The notes beneath the pieces were generated by a model. That model had not been told where the DNA came from and ran no database searches. It saw only the letters and a program-made list of their open reading frames with translations. A DNA stretch of 32,000 bases, taken from Bellilinea caldifistulae (GTDB taxonomy: Bacteria > Chloroflexota > Anaerolineae > Anaerolineales > Anaerolineaceae). Location: the NCBI RefSeq assembly GCF_001306055.1, contig NZ_LGHJ01000002.1:1-32000 (forward strand). The letters run 5' to 3'. The position numbers were made by a program, and so were the translations under genes. Below, piece by piece: positions 7,567 to 15,589 of this stretch; the stretch's first letter is position 1; each line of letters begins with the position of its first letter.

Positions 7567-8487
7567 ATGAATCAGCCAACCCTCCACGGACAGGTCACGC
7601 GATTGTTATCCGGCTTTTATACGGTTCAGAATGAACACGGGACGTGGGTCTGTCGGCTGCGCGGGCGGTTGAAAAAACAGCCTGCCGAGGGCGATATTGT
7701 GGCACTGGGCGACCGGGTGCGTTTCACCCCCCTGCCGGATGGAAGCGGTGTGATTGAAGAAGTCGAACCGCGCACGCACGCTCTCATTCGCAAAGCCCCC
7801 AGCGCCCGCGGAGAGTACCAACAGGTGCTGCTGGCCAACCCCGATCAGGTGGTCTTCGTGTTTTCCTGCGCCAATCCGGCTCCGCGGCTGGGCATGCTCG
7901 ACCGTTTTCTGGTCATTGCCGAGCAGCAGGGCATACCGCCGTGGATTGTCGCCAACAAAACCGACCTGGTGACGGCGGAAGAAGCCCGCCGCCTGTTTGC
8001 CGAATATCCGCCGTTGGGGTATCCGGTGATTTTCACCTCGGTCAAGAGCGGTGAGGGGCTTGAGGAGCTGCACGACTGCCTGAAAGGTAAACTCTCGGCG
8101 CTGGCGGGGCCTTCGGGGGTGGGTAAATCCAGCCTGCTGAACGCCATCCAGCCGGAACTGGGGCTGGCGGTGCGCGAGGTCAGTCAGGCGACCTCCAAGG
8201 GCCGCCACACCACCGTCATCCGCCAGATGTTTCCCCTGAAAGACGGCGGCTACGTGGCTGACCTGCCCGGTTTGCGCATGCTGGCGCTGTGGGATGTGCA
8301 GCCGGAGGAACTGGACGGTTACTTTCCGGAACTGCGCGGACTGGTACAGGACTGTGCTTTCAGTGATTGCACCCACCGCAGCGAACCCGGCTGCGCGGTG
8401 CAGGCCGCCCTGCAACGCGGCGAAATTTCCCCGCGCCGCTACCAGTCCTACCTGCGGATGCGCTTCGGGGAGGAGGAAGAAGAATAA
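7567..8487 (+). CDS. rsgA: Ribosome small-subunit-dependent GTPase A
   Basis: N-terminal OB-fold pattern, NKTDL, GPSGVGKSSLLNA and the zinc knuckle CAFSDCTHRSEPGCAV. The start is set at ATG 7567 (MNQPTLHGQV...). Confidence 0.9.
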   Translation: MNQPTLHGQVTRLLSGFYTVQNEHGTWVCRLRGRLKKQPAEGDIVALGDRVRFTPLPDGSGVIEEVEPRTHALIRKAPSARGEYQQVLLANPDQVVFVFSCANPAPRLGMLDRFLVIAEQQGIPPWIVANKTDLVTAEEARRLFAEYPPLGYPVIFTSVKSGEGLEELHDCLKGKLSALAGPSGVGKSSLLNAIQPELGLAVREVSQATSKGRHTTVIRQMFPLKDGGYVADLPGLRMLALWDVQPEELDGYFPELRGLVQDCAFSDCTHRSEPGCAVQAALQRGEISPRRYQSYLRMRFGEEEEE

Positions 8488-8491
8488 ACCC

Positions 8492-9553
8492 ATGGTTACG
8501 TGTCGAATGCAGTGGCAAAAGTTGACTCTGATTTTGCGCAATCCTTTCCGCCTCTCGTATGGCGTAAGTGAAACACGCCAGACCTACTGGCTGCGGCTGG
8601 AAAAGGACGCCGGTTGGGGAGAAGCCACCCTGCCGCCTTATTACGGGGTGGATTTCGCCAGTTTTGAAGAATACTGGAAGAAGATGTCGCAGTCGGGTTG
8701 CCGCCTGCCTGAAACCCCCGCCGAAATTGAAGAATGGCTGGGAGAAGAAGGCCCCCCGGCCGCCCGCGCCGCCCTGGATTTAGCCCTCTATGATTGCATC
8801 GGCTTAACTCACAACCTGCCGCTGTATCGCTTGTTGGGTTTGCCTTATCCCAGTGGTTTGCCGACTTCTTTCACCATTGCGATTGACACGCCGGATGCGA
8901 TGGCCGAACAGGCCGCCGCCCATCCCGAATTTCCGATCATCAAGGTCAAATTGGGGTCGGAAGATGACCTGACCCGTCTGCGCGCCGTCCGCAGCGCCCG
9001 TCCGGATGCCCGCCTGCGGGTGGACGCCAACGCCGGCTGGTCATTTGAGGAGGCTCTCGACAACATCCGTCTGATGGAAAGTCTCGATCTGGAGATGATC
9101 GAACAACCCCTCGCCGTCAACGAAATTGAGCAAATGGGCGAACTGCAAAAACTCACCCCCATTCCGCTGGTGGCGGATGAAGCGGTGCGCACCCTGGCGG
9201 ACATCGAAAAACTGGCCAGAGCCGGCGTTGCCGGAGTCAACCTGAAACTGATGAAAGCCGGCGGCTTGACCCCCACCCTGCGCATGTTGAACCGCGCCCG
9301 TGAACTGGGCTTGAAGATCATGCTGGGCTGCATGGTGGAAACTTCCCTGGGTACGACCGCCATGGCGCACCTGTGCGGGCTGGCGGAGTGGATTGATCTG
9401 GATGCGCCCCTGCTGATTGCCAACGATCCCTTCGAGGGCATTACCTACGATAAAAACCTGCGCATCCGCGTGCCGGAACGTCCCGGTCTGGGAGTCATTT
9501 TGAAGCGTGAGGAAGCTGTTGAGGAGCAGAAAAACGACCATGAATCGCATTGA
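8492..9553 (+). CDS. Dipeptide (L-Ala-D/L-Glu) epimerase, enolase superfamily
   Basis: IKVKLG (KxK), RVDANAGW, IEQPL, VADE and NLKLMKAGG form the enolase-superfamily metal and catalytic set. The start is ATG 8492; ATG 8507 is an alternative. Confidence 0.82.
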   Translation: MVTCRMQWQKLTLILRNPFRLSYGVSETRQTYWLRLEKDAGWGEATLPPYYGVDFASFEEYWKKMSQSGCRLPETPAEIEEWLGEEGPPAARAALDLALYDCIGLTHNLPLYRLLGLPYPSGLPTSFTIAIDTPDAMAEQAAAHPEFPIIKVKLGSEDDLTRLRAVRSARPDARLRVDANAGWSFEEALDNIRLMESLDLEMIEQPLAVNEIEQMGELQKLTPIPLVADEAVRTLADIEKLARAGVAGVNLKLMKAGGLTPTLRMLNRARELGLKIMLGCMVETSLGTTAMAHLCGLAEWIDLDAPLLIANDPFEGITYDKNLRIRVPERPGLGVILKREEAVEEQKNDHESH

Positions 9554-10553
9554 AATCCTGCTGGAAGAAATTGCCTCTCATCATCGCGATGAGCGCGAAC
9601 ATCTGTTTGACCTGCACATCGAAAAACAAACCGATTCTCAGGTGATCTTGAGCGGTCGGGTGCTGGAAGAATCGAATCTGGAAGAATTGCGCCAGCACCT
9701 GCCGCCGGGCTGGACGATGGACGCTCACGCCGTGCGGGTGCTGCGCCGTTCTGCTACGGCAACCCTGACGGTGGCAACCAACCTGACCAGCCTGCACCGC
9801 CAGCCGTCTTTTCTGGCTGAGCAGTTGACCCAACTGCTGTACGGGCGCCGGGTGGAGGTGCTCGAAGAGCAGGATCGCTGGGCGTTTGTGCGCTGCGATG
9901 ATGGGTATCTGGGCTGGACTTATCGCCCCTATCTGCACGAGCAACCGGCCCCTCCGCCGACTCATCTGGTCGTGGCGGCGGTGGGTTTGCTGCGCAGCGA
10001 GCCGCGCCTCAATGCCCCCCTGCTGACCCGTGTGCTGGGCGGCACGTTCGTGCAGGTCTGGCAGGAACAAGACGGCTGGGCTTACCTGCAAGCCCACCAG
10101 AGCGGCTGGCTGCCGCTGGAGGACCTGCGCAGTCTGACCAGCCTGCCGCAGAGCGAATCCGCCCGCCGCGCCCAGATCGTCGCGGATGCCGCGCGGCTGA
10201 TCGGTGTGCCGTACCTGTGGGGCGGCACCACGGCTCACGGGATTGATTGCTCCGGGCTGGCGCAATTGCTCCACCGGTGGGTGGGGATTAGCATCCGTCG
10301 TGATGCGGATATGCAGATGGAAGACGGCCGGCCGGTCGAGCCGGAGGCAATGCAGCCCGGCGATCTGGCTTTTTTTGGCGAAAACGGCGAAAAGCGCAGC
10401 ATCACCCATGTGGCCATCAGCCTGGGCGGATGGGAGATTGTGCATTCTTCGCGCTCGCGCAACGGGGTGTATTACGACAATATCCAGAAGGATGCCTACC
10501 TGCGCGAGCATTTTGTCGGGGCGCGCACCTATCTCAACGGCGGTTTGGGGTGA
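9540..10553 (+). CDS. NlpC/P60 (C40) gamma-D-glutamyl-L-diamino acid peptidase with N-terminal SH3-like repeats
   Basis: YLWGGTTAHGIDCSGLAQ (catalytic Cys) ... THVAISLG..EIVHS (His). The ATG at 9540 overlaps the epimerase 3' end by 14 nt. Confidence 0.85.
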   Translation: MNRIEILLEEIASHHRDEREHLFDLHIEKQTDSQVILSGRVLEESNLEELRQHLPPGWTMDAHAVRVLRRSATATLTVATNLTSLHRQPSFLAEQLTQLLYGRRVEVLEEQDRWAFVRCDDGYLGWTYRPYLHEQPAPPPTHLVVAAVGLLRSEPRLNAPLLTRVLGGTFVQVWQEQDGWAYLQAHQSGWLPLEDLRSLTSLPQSESARRAQIVADAARLIGVPYLWGGTTAHGIDCSGLAQLLHRWVGISIRRDADMQMEDGRPVEPEAMQPGDLAFFGENGEKRSITHVAISLGGWEIVHSSRSRNGVYYDNIQKDAYLREHFVGARTYLNGGLG

Positions 10554-10676
10554 GATGATGGTGTTGCCCTCATTGCGAGCCGCCACAGGCGGCCGGGGAG
10601 GTTCTTCCCTCAGGTAGGCGGGAGGACGGGATTTCCTTGAACAAAGCCTTACTGTCCGAAAATCGGGTTACCTGAA

Positions 10677-11780
10677 ATGACCGGTCTGGCATTTGAAACC
10701 CCGCTGGGGGCAAGAGTGGTCATTGCCGGGCGGGAACGGGATTACTTCTCCGGTACCGGCTATCTGGGGCTGCACAATCACCCGCAGGTGATACAAGCCG
10801 CTTGGCAGGCCATCCAACGTTATGGGATGAGCACCGCCACCTCGCGCGGCGGATATGGCGAACACGCAGTTTATGATGCCTTGGAAAAGCAGGTGTGCGC
10901 CTTTTTCGATTCACAGGCGGCATTGTACTACGCCTCCGGTTATCTGGGCGGGGCGGCGCTGGTTCAGGGGCTAGCCGGGCGTTTTGAACGCCTCTTCGTG
11001 GATGAATCGGCGCATTACTCATTGGGCGACGCCGCCCGCGCCAGCGGTAAACCGCTGCACTTCTTCCGTCATCGTGACGCTTCTCATCTGGCAGAAAGTC
11101 TGCGTCTTCACCTTCGAGCGGGGGAGCGTCCGCTGGTGCTGACGGACGGGCTGTTCCCCATCTCCGGCGAGACGGCCCCGTTAGATGAGTACCTGCCGCT
11201 GGTGCAAGACCGGGATGGTCTGCTGGGGGTGGATGATGCTCACGGCGTGGGGGTGCTGGGAGCGAATGGGCGCGGCACGGCCGAGTGGCTGGGGGTGAGT
11301 GCCTCCGAGGGGGTGCAGGTATGCGCCACGCTCAGCAAAGCCCTGGGCGGCTACGGCGGAATCCTGTTTGGCAGCCGGGAACGCATCCGTGAGATTGAAA
11401 GTCAGGCGCGGGTTTATGTGGCCGCCAGTCCGCCGCCATTGCCGGCTGCCGCAGCCGCCGCCAAAGCGCTGGAAATTGCCCGCAGCGAACCGCATCTTCG
11501 TCAGCGGTTGTGGGAAAATGTGGCCCTGGCGCGCAGCGGACTGCGCCGGCTGGGCTGGGAGATGCCCGATTCGCCGGTTCCCATCCTTTGCCTGCGGGCG
11601 CGTCCGGGGGTGGATTTAGCCCGCCTGCGCGCCGACTTGTTTGAGCGGGATATTTGCGTGGCGCATGTGACCTCGTACAGTTCCACGCCGCCGGGCGGCG
11701 CCTTGCGGATTGCCATCTTCGCCACTCACAGCCGCGAGCAGATCGAGCGCCTGCTGGATACACTGGGAAAACTGCTTTAG
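10677..11780 (+). CDS. PLP-dependent alpha-oxoamine synthase family enzyme (BioF/Kbl-like)
   Basis: GTGYLGL..HP ... DDAHGVGVLGANGRG ... ATLSKALGGYGG (PLP lysine), at a typical length of 367 aa. Confidence 0.78.
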   Translation: MTGLAFETPLGARVVIAGRERDYFSGTGYLGLHNHPQVIQAAWQAIQRYGMSTATSRGGYGEHAVYDALEKQVCAFFDSQAALYYASGYLGGAALVQGLAGRFERLFVDESAHYSLGDAARASGKPLHFFRHRDASHLAESLRLHLRAGERPLVLTDGLFPISGETAPLDEYLPLVQDRDGLLGVDDAHGVGVLGANGRGTAEWLGVSASEGVQVCATLSKALGGYGGILFGSRERIREIESQARVYVAASPPPLPAAAAAAKALEIARSEPHLRQRLWENVALARSGLRRLGWEMPDSPVPILCLRARPGVDLARLRADLFERDICVAHVTSYSSTPPGGALRIAIFATHSREQIERLLDTLGKLL

Positions 11781-11913
11781 GGGCTTTTCCCCTGCCGAAA
11801 GTTTTACCTGTTTGGAGAATGCGGCGAAAAAAGCGGGAACTTTTTGGGGGGTTTAACCGTATACCTGATTGAGAAACCCGGCGTGTTTTATGCGGACTTT
11901 ACAAAATTTTTAT

Positions 11914-11941
11914 TTGAATTGCAGCAAATTTTTGCTACAAT
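11914..11941 (+). promoter_or_regulatory. Sigma70-type promoter with extended -10
   Basis: TTGAAT (11914-11919), 16-nt spacer, TGcTACAAT (11933-11941), set in an AT-rich stretch. Confidence 0.55.
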
Positions 11942-11947
11942 GAGAGT

Positions 11948-12160
11948 ATGAAATGTCTGCACAAGCAGGGGGCCGTGAGTATGAGACCTGCCTCGTCATT
12001 TGGATAGGTCGAAACGAACCCCCCAGACAGGTCCAAAACCCGTCGAACGCGTGAACCCTTTGGGTGAAACGAGGGTTATATTAATTCAAGAGCCTCCTGA
12101 TGTGCAGCGTGATGAACGGCTCCTTTAACTGGTGTGGTCCTTCAGGAGGAGGAGGTCAAA
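11948..12160 (+). promoter_or_regulatory. Long (about 210 nt) structured 5' leader with an anti-Shine-Dalgarno element
   Basis: Nested pairings: TGTCTG (11955-11960) with CAGACA (12025-12030), the GGGGG run near 11968 with the CCCCC run near 12019, GACCT..AGGTC, and AACCCT..AGGGTT. CCTCCTGA (12093-12100) is the exact complement of TCAGGAGG (12142-12149), which covers the SD. I could not match it to a known RNA family. Confidence 0.4.
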
Positions 12161-12256
12161 ATGGCTACAGTGGTTTATCTGGTTGTTGCAGCGGTAGGGA
12201 CGATGTTCGTGGCACTCAGTCTGATCGGTCTGCAATCCGAAGAACGCAAAAATTGA
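12161..12256 (+). CDS. 31-aa hydrophobic peptide (single predicted TM helix, charged C-terminus)
   Basis: MATVVYLVVAAVGTMFVALSLIGLQSEERKN. The strong SD AGGAGGAGGAGG ends 6 nt before the ATG. The peptide is too short for the ORF track. It lies between a promoter and an intrinsic terminator. Confidence 0.5.
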   Translation: MATVVYLVVAAVGTMFVALSLIGLQSEERKN

Positions 12257-12405
12257 GGATGATTTTGCCGTCGGAACACCCCTGCCTGTCGTATCCACCC
12301 CGCCGAGAGAATCGCCCTGATCGGTTGTGGGATACTTTTCTGCGCCCCTAAGCCGGGACTTGCGCCCGGTCAGCAGGGCGCCGTCCGTACTCTTCCTGAT
12401 CGCCT

Positions 12406-12441
12406 CTCCCGCATGTCTCCCTCATGCGGGAGAATTTTTTT
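12406..12441 (+). terminator. Rho-independent terminator
   Basis: CTCCCGCATG-tctccct-CATGCGGGAG (perfect 10-bp stem) followed by AATTTTTTT. Confidence 0.8.
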
Positions 12442-12445
12442 AGCA

Positions 12446-12490
12446 TCTTCCTCCCGTTTTGGCAGGAGATTGCTGCGCTCGCTGGCGTTG
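12446..12490. repeat. Solo partial copy of the 93/94-bp repeat unit
   Basis: CCGTTTTGGCAGGAGATTGCTGCGCTCGCTGGCG aligns with the unit segment CCGGTCTTGCGGGAGATTGCCGCGCTCGCTTGCG. GAGATTGCtGCGCTCGCT at 12466-12483 has one mismatch. Confidence 0.5.
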
Positions 12491-12496
12491 GACGCC

Positions 12497-14086
12497 TTAT
12501 AAATCCTTGACCATGTACAATTCGCCCATCTCAAAGCCGCGCTGACGGTAATAGCCGCGCGTGCCGATGGCGGCAATCACCGCCATTCTCGTGAATCCCC
12601 GCTGACGGGCGATCTCCTCGGCGGCGCCAATCAGTCGCGTACCCAATCCGCTGTGCTGGGCCGCCCCTTCCTGATCCATGCCAACCGGCAGGGACTGACC
12701 GTATACATGCACCTCGCGGATCAGGGCTGCCTCCCTCAAATCGGCCAGCCCAATGTCGGGTGCACCGAGCAATGGCAGCGAAAGGCGCAGGTAACCGGCA
12801 ATCTTGCGGTTGGGCGTGCGGTAGTGCAGGAAATGCTCCTCCGCCTCGGCGGCGGTGTAGGTGTAATCCTCAAAAGTCAGCGTTTGCGGGTCCACCTTTT
12901 CGCCGCGTACCTCGTGGCAGCGGATACAACCGCAGGACTGTCCGCGGCGCTGCAACTCGGCCAGCACGTCCTGACGCAGGCTGGTGCGGCGGTTGCCTTC
13001 CACCACGTGGGTGGAAGGTATGTCGCGGATGACCCGGTTGACCCGGCAGTAGGGCGGGATGCTGGGTTTGAGGTCGGCAATCAGGTGAATCAATTCCTCG
13101 GTGGTGTACGGATGGTACTCACCGCGTTGCCAGTATGCGTACAGGTCGGCATTTTCCAGCAATTGACACGGGTAGATTTTGATCTCATCCGGGCAGTAGC
13201 CCTGCCACAGCCGTTGAAAGTCCTGCCGGTCGCTTTCCAACGTGGCGCCCAGCAGGTTGGGCATCCAGTGGAGCACCACTTTGAAGCCGGCTGCCCGCAG
13301 CAGGGCGGTGGCTTTCAGGGTTTGGGCGGCAGTGTGTCCGCGCTGGTTGATCTCCAGAATCCGGTCGTCCAGCGACTGCGCCCCCATCTGGACTTTGGTC
13401 ACCCCCAGATAGCGCAGCCAGGCGATCTCGCGCGGGGTGATTTCATCCGGGCGGGTTTCAATCACCAGCCCGACATTGCGGCAGGCGGCTGTTTCGTTGG
13501 CGCGCTGGGCTTCAACCAGCGAAGGCGAGTCAAAGCCGTTCATCGCGTCAAAGCAGCGCTGCACGAACCATTCCTGGTAATCGCGGCGGTAGGCGCTCCA
13601 TGTGCCGCCCAAAATGAGCAGTTCGATTTTATCGGTCGGGTGGCCGTTGGCGCGGTAGGAATCCAAACGGGTTTGTACCTGACGGTAGGGGTCAAAGTCG
13701 TTTTGAAAAGCGCGCGCCGCGCCGGGTTCATCCGGGAGGTAACTTTTGGGCATGCGCACATCGGTCGGGCAGAAGATGCACTTACCCGGGCAGGGATAGG
13801 GCTTGGTCAGCACGGTCACGGTGGTCACCCCGGAGAGAGTGCGCACCGGCTTCATGCGCAGGCGGGCGAGCAGGTCATCATCGGCCGGCCATTCGCCGTT
13901 TTCGGTCAGGGCGCGGTAAGCCGCCACCAGCATGGACTTGGAGAGATAACCGCCTCCCGGCAGCGGATGGCGGCGGACGGCCTGAAAGACATCCGTCCCG
14001 TTGCGGACATCTTCCAGCACGGCGCGGGCGTATTCCATTTTATCGGGGGTCAACTGGCGGTTGGCCAGCCAGAGTTGTTTGTCCAT
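12497..14086 (-). CDS. elp3: Bacterial Elp3-type radical SAM / GNAT tRNA U34 modification enzyme
   Basis: Radical SAM cluster motif CPGKCIFCP and the Elp3-typical body (LLILGGTWS, IETRPD, VQMGAQS). The C-terminal GNAT has QHSGLGTRLIGAAEEIARQRGF. Length is 529 aa. Confidence 0.88.
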   Translation of the reverse strand: MDKQLWLANRQLTPDKMEYARAVLEDVRNGTDVFQAVRRHPLPGGGYLSKSMLVAAYRALTENGEWPADDDLLARLRMKPVRTLSGVTTVTVLTKPYPCPGKCIFCPTDVRMPKSYLPDEPGAARAFQNDFDPYRQVQTRLDSYRANGHPTDKIELLILGGTWSAYRRDYQEWFVQRCFDAMNGFDSPSLVEAQRANETAACRNVGLVIETRPDEITPREIAWLRYLGVTKVQMGAQSLDDRILEINQRGHTAAQTLKATALLRAAGFKVVLHWMPNLLGATLESDRQDFQRLWQGYCPDEIKIYPCQLLENADLYAYWQRGEYHPYTTEELIHLIADLKPSIPPYCRVNRVIRDIPSTHVVEGNRRTSLRQDVLAELQRRGQSCGCIRCHEVRGEKVDPQTLTFEDYTYTAAEAEEHFLHYRTPNRKIAGYLRLSLPLLGAPDIGLADLREAALIREVHVYGQSLPVGMDQEGAAQHSGLGTRLIGAAEEIARQRGFTRMAVIAAIGTRGYYRQRGFEMGELYMVKDL

Positions 14087-14187
14087 AGTTCACCGCTAAA
14101 ATTATACCGTCGAAACCAAGGCATTGCGGCAAGCATACTTTGCGGTATGATTGAGCGCAAACCAGCTTGCATTCTGATGTAAAACCA

Positions 14188-14946
14188 ATGCGTGCCGAAA
14201 CGATCCAAAAACTTCTTGAGATTAACGACCAATTTTACCAGAATTTTGGGGCTGCTTTTGCCGCCACCCGCCGGCGCCTTCAGCCCGGCGTGCGCCGGGT
14301 GCTGGAAAACCTGCCGGTGGGCGGGCGCCTGCTGGATTTAGGCTGCGGCTCTGGCACGCTGGCGCTGGAACTCGACCGGCGTTGGCAGACCGGCTCCTAC
14401 CTTGGACTGGATGCCTCGCCCGTCTTGCTGGCAGAAGCCCGCGCTGCCCTGCGATCTGCTCTGCCCGGCGGGGTGGATATCCGCTTTGCCCGCGCCAATC
14501 TTGCCGACCCCAACTGGGTGGAAATTGCCGCTGGCTTTCCGGTGGATGTCGTGCTGGCCTTTGCGGTGCTGCACCACATTCCCTCTGATGAGCTGCGGCG
14601 GCGAATCCTCCAGCAGGTCAACAGTCTGTTGCCGTCCGGTGGTTTGTTCATCCACTCGGAGTGGCAGTTTCAGCACTCACCGCGCTGGCTGGCGCGGATT
14701 CAGCCGTGGTGGCGGGTTGGGATTGAGGAAGGGGAATTGGAAGAGGGCGACACCCTGCTGGACTGGCGGCATCACCTGTCGGGGCAGGCGGAGCAGGTTG
14801 GCTTGCGTTATGTCCACCTGTTTTCGCGCCTCGAATTGAGCCGTCTGGCAGAGGCAAGCGGCTTTGAAATCATCGAGGAATTTGAGTCGGACGGCGAAGG
14901 CGGGCGACTGGGCTTGTATCAGGTATGGAGAAAGATCAGGGAGTAA
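14188..14946 (+). CDS. Class I SAM-dependent methyltransferase, Trm9-like
   Basis: LLDLGCGSGT (motif I). The Trm9-style blocks are FAATRRRLQPGVRRVL, AFAVLHHIPSDELRRRILQQVNSLLPSGGLFIHSEWQF and RYVHLFSRLELSRLAEASGF. The start is moved to ATG 14188, because the ORF-track start at 14167 is a TTG. Confidence 0.78.
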   Translation: MRAETIQKLLEINDQFYQNFGAAFAATRRRLQPGVRRVLENLPVGGRLLDLGCGSGTLALELDRRWQTGSYLGLDASPVLLAEARAALRSALPGGVDIRFARANLADPNWVEIAAGFPVDVVLAFAVLHHIPSDELRRRILQQVNSLLPSGGLFIHSEWQFQHSPRWLARIQPWWRVGIEEGELEEGDTLLDWRHHLSGQAEQVGLRYVHLFSRLELSRLAEASGFEIIEEFESDGEGGRLGLYQVWRKIRE

Positions 14947-15589
14947 GGCGCATAACCGGCGCGAAGCTGCGCCGGTGCAGGGGGCAGGCCCCCAGCCGCT
15001 CCAATGCGGCTCGGTGGCGGGCGGTGCCGTAGCCCTTGTGAGTGGCAAACCCATACCCGGGGAAGCGTTCCTCCTGAGCCCGCATCCACGCATCGCGGGA
15101 AGTTTTAGCCAGCACACTGGCGGCGGCAATGCTCAGCGATTGCTGGTCGCCGCGAATCAGTGCGGTTTGAGGAATGTTGAGCATCGGCAGGCGCAGGGCG
15201 TCAATCAACAGATGCAATGGAGTGACCCCGCTGGCCTGTAAGGCACGCTGCATCGCCAGGCGGGTTGCCGGTACAATGCCCATTTCGTCAATTTCCTGCG
15301 GGGAGGCTGCACCAACTCCCCAGTATTCGGCCGTCTGTTTGATCTTTTCGGCCCAGTGTTCGCGCTGGCGGGGAGTCATCTGCTTGGAATCGCGCACACC
15401 CGCCAACAGGTGCTCACCCTCGCACCCTGCCGGCAGAATCACCACCGCCGCAAATACCGGGCCGGCCCACGCGCCGCGCCCGGCCTCGTCCAGCCCGCCG
15501 ACCAACCGGCAGCCGCTGTCCCACAACTGACGCTCAAGGCTCAACGTGGGGGATGCCCTGCGGTCAGTCCGAAGCGGGGTGCGCATCAT
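14936..15589 (-). CDS. rnhB: Ribonuclease HII
   Basis: GLDEAGRGAWAGPVFAAVVIL ... DSKQMT ... the RNase HII pattern. The start is set at the MMRTPL ATG (15589), which overlaps the 3' end of the upstream GT2 gene. Confidence 0.85.
   Translation of the reverse strand: MMRTPLRTDRRASPTLSLERQLWDSGCRLVGGLDEAGRGAWAGPVFAAVVILPAGCEGEHLLAGVRDSKQMTPRQREHWAEKIKQTAEYWGVGAASPQEIDEMGIVPATRLAMQRALQASGVTPLHLLIDALRLPMLNIPQTALIRGDQQSLSIAAASVLAKTSRDAWMRAQEERFPGYGFATHKGYGTARHRAALERLGACPLHRRSFAPVMRLTP

Noticed and set aside
11948-12160. The leader considered as tmRNA, RNase P RNA, SRP RNA or a known riboswitch (c-di-GMP, ydaO, yybP-ykoY, fluoride, guanidine)
   Set aside because: None of the invariant blocks I know are present. 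That includes the tRNA-like UCCACCA end, GAGGAAAGUCC, the SRP GGAA/AGCA motif and the riboswitch cores. It is left as an unassigned structured leader.
12100-12351. 83-aa ORF (MCSVMNGSFNWCGPSGGGGQ...), which looks superficially like a Cys/Gly-rich RiPP precursor
   Set aside because: Its ATG sits inside the anti-SD element with no SD upstream. It overlaps, out of frame, the 31-aa ORF that has a perfect SD. Its composition is typical of an out-of-frame read.
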